A stretch of DNA of 63,332 nucleotides, the filler included, from Octopus bimaculoides (taxonomy: Eukaryota): the NCBI RefSeq assembly GCF_001194135.2. It is 7 parts of 7 records of this genome, joined end to end, with 100 filler letters (N's around TTAATTAATTAA, not from the genome) between each part and the next. Parts side by side here need not be neighbours in the genome. Positions count along the whole stretch, not along the records: positions 44,237 to 55,347 come from NC_069003.1; positions 55,448 to 59,140 come from NW_026350597.1; positions 59,241 to 61,308 come from NC_068982.1; positions 61,409 to 63,332 come from NC_069008.1; 3 more parts are not named here. One strand, 5' to 3'. Under the pieces are notes generated by a model. That model saw only the letters and a list, made by a program, of their open reading frames with translations, had not been told where the DNA came from and searched no databases. A program made the position numbers and the translations under genes. Of this stretch, positions 51,082-63,332 are shown one piece after another (the stretch's first letter is position 1; each line of letters begins with the position of its first letter).

Positions 51082-53236
51082 TATTGTATGAAAATTAGAT
51101 GACATGGACAAAGCTGGAACATATTTGCTCATAATTTAAGTCTCCTTGATCAGAGATCAATAGCAGCATTTCTGATTACATTTCAGCTTTAATCTGAAAT
51201 TCAGTTCTTAATAACCGAAGGTTTGTCAAGGAATAAAGCATGGAGATTATTCAGTTTTGATTGAGATTCTAGTAACAGTTCCTTAATAGTTAATCTGTCA
51301 CTTCAATTTTTGTTTCATAAGCAATTTTGCAGTTATGTCTGTGTATCTAAGTTTGTGCAACACCTCTTCTGCTTCAAATAAGACCCAAACTTTGCAAGTG
51401 AGATTGCTTAGATGGAAACTGCAGAAACTCATTTGATGGATTGTACTGTTATTTGGTGGTAGACTTATGATGCTAGCCACCTAGCCTTTTGGTGCTTTTA
51501 ACACAGTCCACTCTTGCAGATATTTGGACTAAGCTTCTGATCCAAGGCTAATCCGAATTAAAGTTTCTCTTCATCATGAAACCCAGAAGCCATGAAAAAA
51601 TATGATTATGGATACTGCCCTCCTCCTCTGAATATTGTATAATTGTTTTTAGCTTGTAAAAGTTCATAATTCAGTATCAAAATGCATATTTTGTTGAATT
51701 TATAACAGTTAAACACATCTCAAGAAAAAATGATGGTAATTAGGCTGAAGCTTTGAAGTCGCTTAACTCTTCACTAGTAAAGATAAAATGAATGTGGCAC
51801 TCTACTGAAAAGTATTGAATTTAGTGTTCTTATATATATCTTATTAATGAAAACAAACATTAATAATTCCTTTTCGATCTATTTAATGTTCTCTTTCTCT
51901 TTTTTACAGTTAAAAATGCCCAAGCCTCACAAACATTCACCATGATGTAGGGAAGACAAATATACCGCAGAACATTGGCAGTTCCCAAACTGGATAGATA
52001 AATAATTGTTTCTGTAGGCCTTTGTGCCTCTTCCTTGTTTACAGTTGTGCTTTGACAAATACAGACTAACAACAACAAAGAGAGAGAGAGAGACAAATAC
52101 ACACATACAGACAGAGAAAGAGAGTATTTATTTGAAATTTTATAAAGTGAGGAGTGACTCTTCCTCCACTTTCAGGATGTGTACGAACTGTAAACTTTTA
52201 GCTGATCCATTGCTACATCAGTTGTTTCTTGACTCTAGCACGTGCAAGAGCTCATCTGCAGTCCAGAGCATTTTATCTTCCTATCCTATTAATCTGTCAT
52301 TCACCCCACCCACAGACCACTTCATCTCCTTGCTGATACTCTCTCCTTCTAGTTCTTCTACATCCTCTCTTACACTACCTATAGCAGCAGCAGCAACAAC
52401 AAACTCATTTTGATTAGTTACTCAGCAATGTAAGTTATAACATTTTCCTTCTTGTGTTCAGTAATTTCCTGTTTTATTGTTTTTCCTTTTTCCCCCCACT
52501 CCCCTCTAATTTAAAACAATTTGTTGATTTGTTGCAGGTCAGCTCTGATTCAGCAAGCATATGATGAAAGGCATTGTAGCCATAATATAGGTCTGCATTA
52601 TGTAATGCTTTTTATTTCTTTCTTTCTTTCTTTTTTTTTAAATCTAAGACAGTAGTTTGTGGCTGCTATTTTTACCACTTCAAAGACTACCTTATTGGTC
52701 TGTAATCCATGTGTTTATGGTCCAGCGATTTGTTATACATTTATACACCTTTGTGTCTACAAAGCAGTACCTCAATTCTCCTCAAGTCGCTGAAGGAGCC
52801 TTTATGTGGCCACTTGGCCATATCTTCCTCAAAATGCACTCTACAGTCTTAGAAAAAATAAAATAAAAAGAAAGGGATACATTCAATACATTATGCCACT
52901 AAGTAAGATACATGGTGATCATGTCGGGAACTTTTTTCATCATAGTTCTTCTCAGATCAGTGCTGACTTGCGGCCCAGTGACAACAGTGTATTTACATCT
53001 GAAATATCTGTGGCAGTAAATCAGCAGACATTGGTTTATAATGGTGAAGTATTAGAAGATCAAGGGTTATTATTCATTCATTCATTCATTCATTCATTCA
53101 TTCATACAGTTTCTGTCTTTGCACAGTTATCATTAATTTCCTTCTACTTTTCAGTAATATTTGATTTGCCCCTGTGACTTGATAATCATGTCTTTAATAT
53201 TGTTTTACATCTGTTCTCAGTTTCAGCGTGTGCACA

Positions 53237-53290
<54 letters not shown>

Positions 53291-54369
53291 TATCATAACA
53301 TCCACTTTTCTGTGTTTGCATGAGTCACATGGAATTCATATACCCAGAAGTGCTTTCTGTCACCAGACTTTACCTATTTCCGAGCACAGTAGATGTTTTC
53401 TCGTGGCCAGCCATGTTTTTCGTGAAAGACTGGAAAGGAACAACATCACATGTATAGCATTGACACTTGTTTACAACCATCATGTGATGGCAAGATAAGG
53501 TGTTTCTGAATTGCAAGGCAGCACATGAGAGCTAACCAAGATGTTGTGTGTAAGACGTGTGTGTAAATGGGATAATAGTGCACTTGCATTTTGTGATCCT
53601 GAAAAGGAAGAGGCATGGAAGTACTCATATAAAAGGCTCCAAAATTGAAAGTGACAACAGTTTTTTGTTTTGTTATTTGAAATTATTATACTATAATGCA
53701 CCATAGGATCTATGTGTCTCATATATACTATTAAGAGTGCTGTCTGTGCTTCAAAATGATACCTCTTTTGTAATGTAGCTTTCCACTCCTGATGGCAGCA
53801 ACCTCATTTCATTCAAGTGCATTGAAATAAGTTTTCCAGATGTCCTCTTATGTTCATTAAACAATTTGAAACTTCAGAATAGATGCGGATTCCAAAGCAT
53901 AGTTGAAACTCCTGACATAACTGTTCTATGCATGGATCATTTCTGGAAGTTTATGAATTAAGTCAAACTTGGAGAGACAGTGTTTCTATTAAGAACCTGT
54001 CTCATTAAGTCAATAACAAAGTACAGCTGCAGAAAGAGAGGCTTTTCATTGGGAGGGGCTGAAGTGAACTGATTTTGTGGTAGATCTGCCCTTGTACTTT
54101 AAAAGTTTGCATGACATATATTTTCTGTTGTTCTTTTAAAAATGCATAGATCTTAGTTGTGGCAGTAAAAAGGGCTCTGGTGGCTCAATAAAAATTAGTA
54201 GATTAGCTTTTTCCATTGGACCAGCATATTGCATTTGTCTCTTGTTTCCATTTATTGTTCAAGCACTTGTCATAAATTTCGAATGAGATGCCATTTGAAA
54301 CTATTTTTTTCAGAAGCACAGTTATGCCCAGTATCCTATTTGAAGGCAACTCTTTTCCACAGCTTGTGT

Positions 54370-54600
54370 GCGTGTATGGGCAGGATCTAGCATGTCTTGC
54401 TCTTTGAGCTTTCTATCTGGCCCTTACACTCTTGTGGGCATTCATAATGCATGGATGGTGAACCTGTTGTCCATCAGGCACCTCCACTTGTCTATGGACA
54501 GCTTGTCTGGTAGCTTTCTGTTTATAGTAAGTGTCATGTTCACTATCAGTCTCAAGTTTCTTACCAGCTGCATTTCCTGACTGCATTCAGCTTGCAGTCT
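54370..54600 (-). mobile_element. Possible decayed RTE-like LINE C-terminal relic
   Basis: Minus strand reads ..CLMDNRFTIHAL*MPTRV*GPDRK.., resembling the LRMD.NR...AL..P..R..GRPK region. Confidence 0.3.
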
Positions 54601-55482
54601 TTATTGAGGCAATTCATCTGTTTGTTTCCCTCAGAAGTACACTTGCATTTGGCAACAAAAGACATTGTAGTTGTGGCACATATTTCCAGTGCCAATATTG
54701 ATGGAAACAAATTATTATAAAAGCAATTGAAAAGCAAGTGTTCTTTCTTGTTATACCAGAGAGGGAAAAAAGTCTTACATCAAGACAAAGAAAAGAAAAT
54801 GAACAACCAAGAAGCTACGCAATCATTGTTGTAGAATAAAATTATCAGTGTCTGGTGCTGACTTAAAGGGAAATTATAAAAATGTGATTTCAAGAAATGT
54901 AAGACAGAGTGTATGGAAATGTAAACAAAAATAGTTTGACATAGTCAAACCTCCAAAGATACTGGAAACATTTCCCCAGTCCCTTTGTATTATTTTTGTC
55001 TTCTACTCAAATATTGACACATTTTTTTCGTGATGTAAATATTGAGAGAGATAGAGAAATACATACCAGTAAAAAGAGAGGATTTGTAACAGTCGATGAT
55101 GAATAGGAGAAGTAAACCATTGAGAGTCTGAAGTGAGGTAGCTGCGGAGAAACAAATGAGTGTTAAATAAAAAAGAGATTTTGGGGGAAGAATTGGACAT
55201 AGTGTGCAGGTATAGTATGAAGCTTGCTTCCCAACCACATGATTCTGGCTTTAGTCCCACTATATGACACCTTAGGCAAGTGTCTTCTGCTATAACCTTA
55301 TGAGTTGATTTGATAGACGGAAACTGAGAGAAGCCTGTCGTGTATATNNNNNNNNNNNNNNNNNNNNNNNNNNNNNNNNNNNNNNNNNNNNTTAATTAAT
55401 TAANNNNNNNNNNNNNNNNNNNNNNNNNNNNNNNNNNNNNNNNNNNNATATATACATATATGTATATATATATGCATATATA

Positions 55483-55639
55483 GGCTCGGAAGTGGCTGTG
55501 TGGTAAGAAGTTTGCTCCACAACCATATGGTTCCGGGTTCAGTCCTACTGCGTGGCACCTTCGGCAAGTGTCTTGTACCTCGGGCCGACCAAAGCCTTGT
55601 GAGTGCATTTGGTAGACGGAAACTGAAAGAAGCCTGTGG

Positions 55640-55693
<54 letters not shown>

Positions 55694-55870
55694 AGCGTGT
55701 GTGTGTCTGTGTTTACGTCCCCCATAGCGTAGCGGTTCGGCAAAAGAACCCGACAGAATAAGTGTTAGGCATGCAATGAATAAGCCCTGAGCGGGGTCGA
55801 TGTGTTCGACTAAAGGCGGTGCTCCAGCATGATCACAGTCAAATGATTGAAACAAGTAAAAGAGTAAAAA
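55483..55870 (+). mobile_element. Family A SINE (CpG-retaining)
   Basis: aggctcggaagtggctgtgtggtaag...(ta)(tg)n...gaaacaagtaaaagagtaaaa. Confidence 0.9.
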
Positions 55871-56940
55871 ACTATGCGTGTGTAATTGGATGCTGAGTCA
55901 TCAACACTTCATTATTTATAAATATATGCTGACATCTACTTGCGTACACACACGCACACACACACACACACATACACACACGCATGTATAAGTGTGTGTG
56001 TGTGTGTATGTATTTATATGTATGTAAGCCAGTGTGAATTATTGTTGTTTCTCCTCAGCTCACCCGAGGTCAAGCGAATGGCTATAATCTTAAGACATCC
56101 TAGGGTGGCCATCAATCCTGTCTCGTTTTCAAGGATATGATACCCAGAATAACTTGATGCTATGCGTCCTTCCTTTTTTCTTTCCAAATTGCTAGTCTGT
56201 TGACTGCTATTTCTAGCAATCGAGTGACCCCATATAAAGACACCGGCACTTGTCCATCTGCATATTGTGCGTGTCGACCTCTGGGTAAGGCTTTTTGGTG
56301 GATGCCCTCGACGGGCTAGATCACGACACCCCTTACTTCTATGATTAATAAAAGTTTTAAAACGCCGTGAATTGGTCGAATCGGCAGAGCGTCTTGTACG
56401 ATGCCTCGCGGCATTCGTTCCGGCACTCAGCGCTCTAGTTTCAAATCCCACTGAAGTCAGATTTACCTTTCATTCTTTTGAGGGTCGACGAAAAAAATAC
56501 TAATCCGAAGATGGTGGATTTGGAGAAGTACGGGAACGTCGGACCAGATGCCTTGCCATATTTGTTCCAGCGTTCTGAGTTCAAATTCCTGCCAGGTCAT
56601 GAATTTAATCCGGAGTAAATGGATAAGTAGGTTTAATTTACTTCGCTAGTAAATTTAATCCGTTAACCTATTTAACATCCCCCACCAAATACTTCGAGTA
56701 CTTTTAACAGAGGTTTACTTTTTTGCATGCTTTCGGGCTTGGTCTCCAGTTTAAGACGACCCTTGTCAGCTGTCTGGATGTTGCATCCTTAAAAAAACTT
56801 CCTACTTCCGTACCTATGAACCCCTTTTCTTTATGACCCTTTTAATGTTCTCATTTCTGTCTCTTTTAGCTTTATATTGTGTTCTGCGCATGTACTTGTA
56901 GCCAGCAACTACTGCTAAAAGAGAGGCGTAGCTTAGTGAA

Positions 56941-57250
56941 GGCGCGTGGCTTAGTGGTTAAGGCATTCGGCTCACGATCGTGAGTTCGATTCCCGGCGAC
57001 GCGTGGTGTCCTTCAGCAAGACACTTTATTTCACGTTGCTCCAGTCCACTCAGCTGGCAAAAATGAGTAGTACCTGAAATTTCAAAAGGCCGGCCTTGTC
57101 ACACTCTGTGTCACGCTGAATCTCCCTGAGAACTACGTTAGGGGTACACGTGTCTGTGGATTGCTCAGTCACTTGCACGTTAATTTCAGGAGTAGGCTGT
57201 TCCGTTGATCTTATCAGCTGGGACCCTCGTCGTCGTAACCGACGGAGTGC
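56941..57250 (+). mobile_element. Young full-length tRNA-derived CORE-like SINE
   Basis: A box TGGCTTAGTGG, B box GTTCGATTCC, central tccttcagcaagacactttatttcacgttgctccagtccactcagctg. Confidence 0.85.
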
Positions 57251-57353
57251 TCCCAAAAGAGGGGACTGCTTTCTGTCCCCTTTTTTAAACCGATTTTTCC
57301 GACCAGTTTTACTGCACTTGAGCACTGAATGGAATAAGCTTATCATCGCCGTA

Positions 57354-57902
57354 ATTATTATTTCTAGTTCCAACGATTCTTTTGCGTTCCATAGAATACG
57401 TACCAGGTGACTACTGGGGACCAAGGTAATCGACTAGCCCTCTTCCTCAAAATTTCAGGGTTTGTGCCTTTAGTAGAAAGAATTGTTATTTCTTATTTCT
57501 TTATTGCCCACAAGAAGCTAAACATAGAGGGGACAAACAAGGACAAAGGGATTAAGTCAATTACATCGCCTCCCCCGTGAGTAACTGGTACTTAATTTAT
57601 CGACCCCGAAAGGATGAAAGGCAAAGTCCACCTCAGTGGAATTTGAACCCAGAACGTAACGGCAGACGAAATGCAGCTAAGCATTTCGCCCGGCGTGCTA
57701 ACGTTTCTGCCAGCTCGACGCCTTTCCATGGATTATTATAATCCTTACAACAAGGATTATTATTTCTAGTTCCAACGATTCTTTTGCGTTCCATAGAATA
57801 CGTACCAGGTGACTACTGGGGACCAAGGTAATCGACTAGCCCTCTTCCTCAAAATTTCAGGGTTTGTGCCTTTAGTAGAAAGAATTGTTATTTCTTATTT
57901 CT
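57354..57902. repeat. Exact 147 bp direct duplication (57354-57500 and 57756-57902) abutting a gap
   Basis: Identical attattatttctagttccaacg...gttatttcttatttct; the second copy ends at the N run. Confidence 0.95.
57487..57722 (-). mobile_element. Young full-length family B (Nin-type) SINE
   Basis: Tail ttcttatttctttattgcccac, Nin-like actggtacttaatttatcgaccccgaaaggatgaaaggcaaagtc, tRNA-like head. Confidence 0.92.
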
Positions 57903-59102
57903 NNNNNNNNNNNNNNNNNNNNNNNNNNNNNNNNNNNNNNNNNNNNNNNNNNNNNNNNNNNNNNNNNNNNNNNNNNNNNNNNNNNNNNNNNNNNNNNNNN
58001 NNNNNNNNNNNNNNNNNNNNNNNNNNNNNNNNNNNNNNNNNNNNNNNNNNNNNNNNNNNNNNNNNNNNNNNNNNNNNNNNNNNNNNNNNNNNNNNNNNNN
58101 NNNNNNNNNNNNNNNNNNNNNNNNNNNNNNNNNNNNNNNNNNNNNNNNNNNNNNNNNNNNNNNNNNNNNNNNNNNNNNNNNNNNNNNNNNNNNNNNNNNN
58201 NNNNNNNNNNNNNNNNNNNNNNNNNNNNNNNNNNNNNNNNNNNNNNNNNNNNNNNNNNNNNNNNNNNNNNNNNNNNNNNNNNNNNNNNNNNNNNNNNNNN
58301 NNCAGAAACGGTTATTATTTCTACAAGTCTAGGCGGTGAGCTGGCAGAAACATTAGCTCGACGGGCGAAATGCTTAGCGGTATTTCGTCTGTCTTTACGT
58401 TCTGAGTTCAAATTCCGCCGAGGTCGACCTTGTCTTTCATCCTTTCGAGATCGATAAATTAAGTTCTAGTTGAGTACTGGGGTCGATTTTAGGTTTTGTG
58501 CTTATAGTAAAAAGGATTATTTCCACAAGCCCCGGGGCCCAACGAAGCGCTACAACATAAAAATGAAATCTTAATACAATCTATTTAATGAAAGAAAAAT
58601 ACTATATTTTATTGATTATTTTTATTTTACCCCGTTTTATTATTATTATTCATGGAATATCCTCCCCTCCCCAAATATGATGCACTGCCCACGTGGCACG
58701 CCGTGGAAAGTCCTAGGTTCCATCGTGAGAGGTGGAAACCTCAAATTTATAGTCTCAAACCTCCCACTGAGAAAGCAAAAGCAGAAAATAAAAGTGACTG
58801 CATGGAGGGGAATTCAGATATGTTATATAGTGACATGAAAAACACAAGAGACGTATTTATACCAGGGAATTCTAAAACCCAGTCTTCGGTTTCGTATCAT
58901 ATCATTTGTTGTATAAAATTTAATGTCTGCACATCTAGAAATGCAGTCACACACAGACAGGCAGACACAGACGCACACATACACTCATTCATTGTGTGTA
59001 TGTACTTGAACACACGTAAACTTTAAAAGTTCAGCTGAAAATCGATGGATTTATCTTCTTATGCAGGGAAGGAGTGTGTATGTACATACGTATGTACATA
59101 TA

Positions 59103-59140
<38 letters not shown>

Positions 59141-60188
59141 NNNNNNNNNNNNNNNNNNNNNNNNNNNNNNNNNNNNNNNNNNNNTTAATTAATTAANNNN
59201 NNNNNNNNNNNNNNNNNNNNNNNNNNNNNNNNNNNNNNNNGGTATAATTTCTCACGTGTTATTGACTCTTTCTATTTGCTGTAAACACTCATGTATCACT
59301 CACATACACACTTTTCTTTGTACGACGGCCTGTCTTTGATTATGTTCTTATATGTCGCATTCACACTCACACAGAGACATACATCTTTAACGCCACAATA
59401 AATATCTCTGTTATTCATCTTATACGGTTGTGGTCTTTCATTACTGGTCATCTATGTTATCGTCGCATAACATATCATGTATATCATCTTTGATATATAT
59501 ATTTGTATGTTCGACCGTGTGACACGTTTAAATAAAAGGAGTCCTCTGTTTTTCCATTCGTCACCATTTCTCCTTTTTGAGTTCGCACGGTCGTCCCTTA
59601 CATATCTGTTAAATATTCAACTGACTCTGTTTAACATAAACTAGACACTTGTTGCGCAAAAAAATTAACACTTGTACAAATACATTCACGAATGTCGCTA
59701 GATATGTCAACACAATATTTTAGATAATGGTAATTATAAGTGGCTAAAACCGAAAACTACATTCAAATATTGAACACAGATGTAGAAGAATGTATTTTAG
59801 CTTTCATTCACAAATTATTTTTGCTAATATTCGGTTTAATATTTCTTCTAATCATGCCAAAGAATAGGAAGTGAAGTTCACAACAAACTAATTATTTTAT
59901 AGTATTTTAATGGTTTTATTTTCAATGTGTGTAGTGAACTTTAGCATATGTAATTCGTCTTAATACAATATCTGAACGTATCTTCCTATTGTAAATAGTA
60001 TATATTTTAACTAATGCATTTGATAACAAAATGATAGCTATTTAATATCTGTAACGACATCAATAAAACCAACATTTACATTATATATAATCAACATTCA
60101 CTGAAATAAAGCATTATTTTGTTTATCAAAAATTCTATTATTGTTTAGTGTGAGGTCAAGGATTTGTGGGTCTTGTGTTTTTATTATT

Positions 60189-61172
60189 ACTAGCAAATCT
60201 ACCCATCTACGATGGAGGCATAAAATGAGGGAGGGAAGTCAAAACAGCAGTATGTATTGAGAAATGTGTGAATGGACTTGATAGATTACTGGGTGATGTC
60301 TTAGAAGAATCCCATTATTGATGGTGATACAGCATTCTATTGCAGCCATATAACATGTGTTTGCGACTAAGTGACATGTGATGACGATTCACTCCGGAAC
60401 AAAAATCACAATGAAAGTATATCTCAAAGCAAACTCTTACACTGCTGTCCCATTGAATTACAAATAACGCTCATCTTTTATGCTCCGGTGACGCTACAGC
60501 TTCCAAGAGTACAACTGTATTCGTCTTTGCTTATATAAAATGACTAAACTGTGGGTGTTAAGTCCCTATGAAGGGGTTTTCTAACTTCTAAGAAGATGAA
60601 ATTTTAGAAATATTACTTCATTTGTAATATCTATGGTTAAAATTTCATCAACAGCAAAAATATATGAATTTTCATGGGGGTTATGTCCCTTATGCATAGA
60701 ATATAATTTGCAAATTTCATAAAGATCCACTCAGTACTTTTGACCTAGTTTTGGATCATAAAAAATGACTAAAATTTGGGAGTTAAGGCCCCCATTTGGG
60801 GGTCTTAAAATCCTCATGAGAAGTGGAAAGTTTGAGAATACTTCTTGATGTGTGTCAATTATCCATGGTTGAAATTTCATCAACATCGAAAATTTGTGAA
60901 TTTTAATGGGGGTTCTGCCCCCTTTAAATCATCTCAAATTCAAACCAAACATACTGCATTATACCCGTCCTTATGCATTGGATCTAAGTTCCAAATATCA
61001 TAAGCATCCATTCAGTAATTTTGTCAATGAAATTGTATGAAACACACAGCATTACCCTTGTCCCTAGGTTTGGATTTTGTGTTCCAAATTTCATTAGGAT
61101 CGGTGTAGTAGTTTTCGAATGTATAAGTAACACACGAACACACATAAAGACATTGACTTTTATATAATAGAT
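60189..61172 (+). mobile_element. Non-autonomous Helitron/Helentron-like element
   Basis: Start actagcaaatctaccc. End ccaaatttcattaggatcggtgtagtagttttcga..acacacgaacacac..cttttatataatagat, a typical HINE-like end. Two internal subrepeats aaatttcatcaaca..gaatttt..ggggg. Confidence 0.5.
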
Positions 61173-61408
61173 ATGAATATCCACATATACATACATGTAT
61201 ATGTGTGTGTGTGTGTATTATATATATATATATATATACATACTATATATATATATATATACACACACACATAAAGATAGATTGATAGATACAATTCAGT
61301 GGGCAAACNNNNNNNNNNNNNNNNNNNNNNNNNNNNNNNNNNNNNNNNNNNNTTAATTAATTAANNNNNNNNNNNNNNNNNNNNNNNNNNNNNNNNNNNN
61401 NNNNNNNN

Positions 61409-61462
<54 letters not shown>

Positions 61463-62423
61463 GACAGGCTTCTTTCAGTTTCCGCCAACCAAATCCGGTC
61501 TCAAGGCCTTGGTCAGCCAGGAGCTATTGTGGAAGACACATACTCAAGGTGCTGCATAATGGGACTGAACGCGAAACCACGTGGCTGGAAAGCAAACTTC
61601 TTACCACACAGCTACACACACGCACACAGATAGATAGATAGATAGATAGAGAGAGAAAGATTAAAAGAGAGCAGTGTCGTACAGAGGAGACGACAGCACC
61701 GAACATTCATTTTAGGAGCGCATCCAGTCAAGAGTTAAAATTGAAATCAAAGCTTTTTTGGAAATTATCTCTGTGAACTTCGTTGAACAGGCTGCCTTAC
61801 GGTCACACTCTCACAAATTGGTGTATACGTGGATCCATGTGTAAATAAACGAGACCTGAGCAGACAACTGGTTGCATGTAAAAATGCGTGTAATACTGAT
61901 TAAGATAACAAAATTGCCGTATAGCTGTATAAGCGCTATGGCGTTCGCTGAATTTCACACAGTCTGCATACCACAAGACAGACGACCGGTGTTAATATTA
62001 AAACTTGTTGGCTAAGCTAATATAGGCCACCAAATACACGCAGACAGTCGAGCCACCTAACGAATATAATTAGTCCCGGGAAATCGGTCAAATGGCGCCT
62101 GCATAATGTAATGCAAATGTGCATCACAGATTTGCAAGTCAGCTGTACGGTAAGGGTCAGCGTAAAACGTCTTTAGAGGGATGTTATGCTTCCCAATCGC
62201 ATGGATCGGTTCGGGGTTTAGTTCCACCACGTGGCAACTTGGGTAAGTGTCATTTACTATAGTTTCGGGCCGACTAAGCCTTGTGAGCGCATTTGGTATA
62301 CGGAAATTGAAAGAAGCCTGTCGCATATATATATGTAGGTGTGTACATATATGAATGGATATATTTATATATTATTTATATTATTATATGATCGAACGCC
62401 ACGCATCCTTTTCCAAGTAAGTT

Positions 62424-62501
<78 letters not shown>

Positions 62502-62570
62502 GTATATATATATATTTCGTTTTTGTATTTGGTTTACAAGATTCTTCATATGAATTCGTGTGTTGAAGCA

Positions 62571-62820
62571 TATTTTGTTGTGTCTGGGGAGAGTTATATT
62601 GCCTTAATGCCTTAGTGTCTGACACACGCGCCGATTCGATTTCCACTCATTTATTATTTATATTTTTTCTTCAAAAGAGTCAACATCCATTGAGAAGTTG
62701 CAAAAGCAACGAACATTTTGGAAGAAAAAATATAAATAAGAAATGAGTGGAAATCGAACCGGTGAGTGTGTCAGATAATAAGGCATTAAGACAATATGAT
62801 TCTCCCCAGAAACAACAATA
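62571..62820. mobile_element. MITE-like long inverted repeat (~100 bp arms, ~45-50 bp spacer)
   Basis: Left arm ttgttgtgtctggggagag..cgatttccactcattt..tattttttcttc pairs with right arm gaagaaaaaata..aaatgagtggaaatcg..ctccccagaaacaacaa. Confidence 0.8.
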
Positions 62821-62854
62821 TATATATATATATATATATTCTTTTATTCTTTTA

Positions 62855-63240
62855 CTTGTTCTTTTTTCTTGTTCTTTTACACTCCAATCATTTGGCTGCG
62901 GCTATGCTGGAGCACCGCCTTTAGTCGAGCAAATCGACCCCAGGACTTATTCTTTGTAAGCCTTGTACTTATTCCATCGGTCTCTTTGCGGAACCGCTTA
63001 AGTTACGGGGACATAAACATACCAACATCGGTGTCAAGCGATGGTGGGGAGAGAACAAACACAGACGCACAAACATATACGTATAGTTTCCGTCTACCAA
63101 ATCAATTCACAAGGCTTTGATCGGCCCCAGGCTATAGTACAAAAGCATTTGTCCAAGGTGCCACGCAATGGGACTGAACCTGGAACCGTGTGGTTGTGAG
63201 TGGATTTGGTAGACGCAAACTGAAAGAAGCCCGTCGTATA
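62855..63240. mobile_element. Family A SINE (minus) followed by a short oppositely oriented family A fragment
   Basis: Minus-strand tail and body up to ~63195, then a plus-strand gtgagtggatttggtagacgcaaactgaaagaagcccgtcg. Confidence 0.85.
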
Positions 63241-63332
63241 GCGTCCAGTAACACAATATCTGTATCACGTGCTCGCGTTGTTGTTTTTTGTTGTTTTGTT
63301 GTCTTTTTTGAACTCACTATATATATATATAT

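Noticed and set aside
50853-51098. Recurrent ORFs MSSDGGGTNTDTQTH..RRHLPKVP (also at 21135, 40785 and 44585)
   Set aside because: They are antisense readings of family A SINEs.
52806-53177. 123 aa ORF
   Set aside because: No recognisable domain, and it ends in a (TTCA)n repeat.
57354-57902. Exact 147 bp duplication as a biological tandem duplication
   Set aside because: It is 100% identical and ends at a gap, so an assembly artefact is more likely. It is listed only as a sequence feature.

Overview
AT-rich, repeat-saturated animal genomic DNA with many N gaps. The SINE/LINE repertoire and microsatellite density suggest a coleoid cephalopod (octopus-like); this is an inference. I cannot identify any intact protein-coding gene. 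Almost all ORF-track hits are translated microsatellites or repeat sequence, and only a few short candidate exons are listed, at low confidence. Recognisable content: several tRNA-derived SINE families, 5'-truncated RTE LINE ends, an R4/Dong-like LINE relic, a decayed mariner-like transposon with TIRs and TA target sites, hAT- and piggyBac-type MITEs, a Helitron-like element, and a Penelope-like (PLE) reverse transcriptase relic. The most interesting observation is a short non-coding element made of a tRNA-like Pol III head, an (AAT)n linker and a Penelope-type tail containing a minimal hammerhead-ribozyme fold. It occurs three times, in fold-back or inverted configurations, alongside up to four other decayed hammerhead-like motifs. 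CpG retention also appears to alternate in large domains (judged by eye), suggesting hidden methylated gene bodies.
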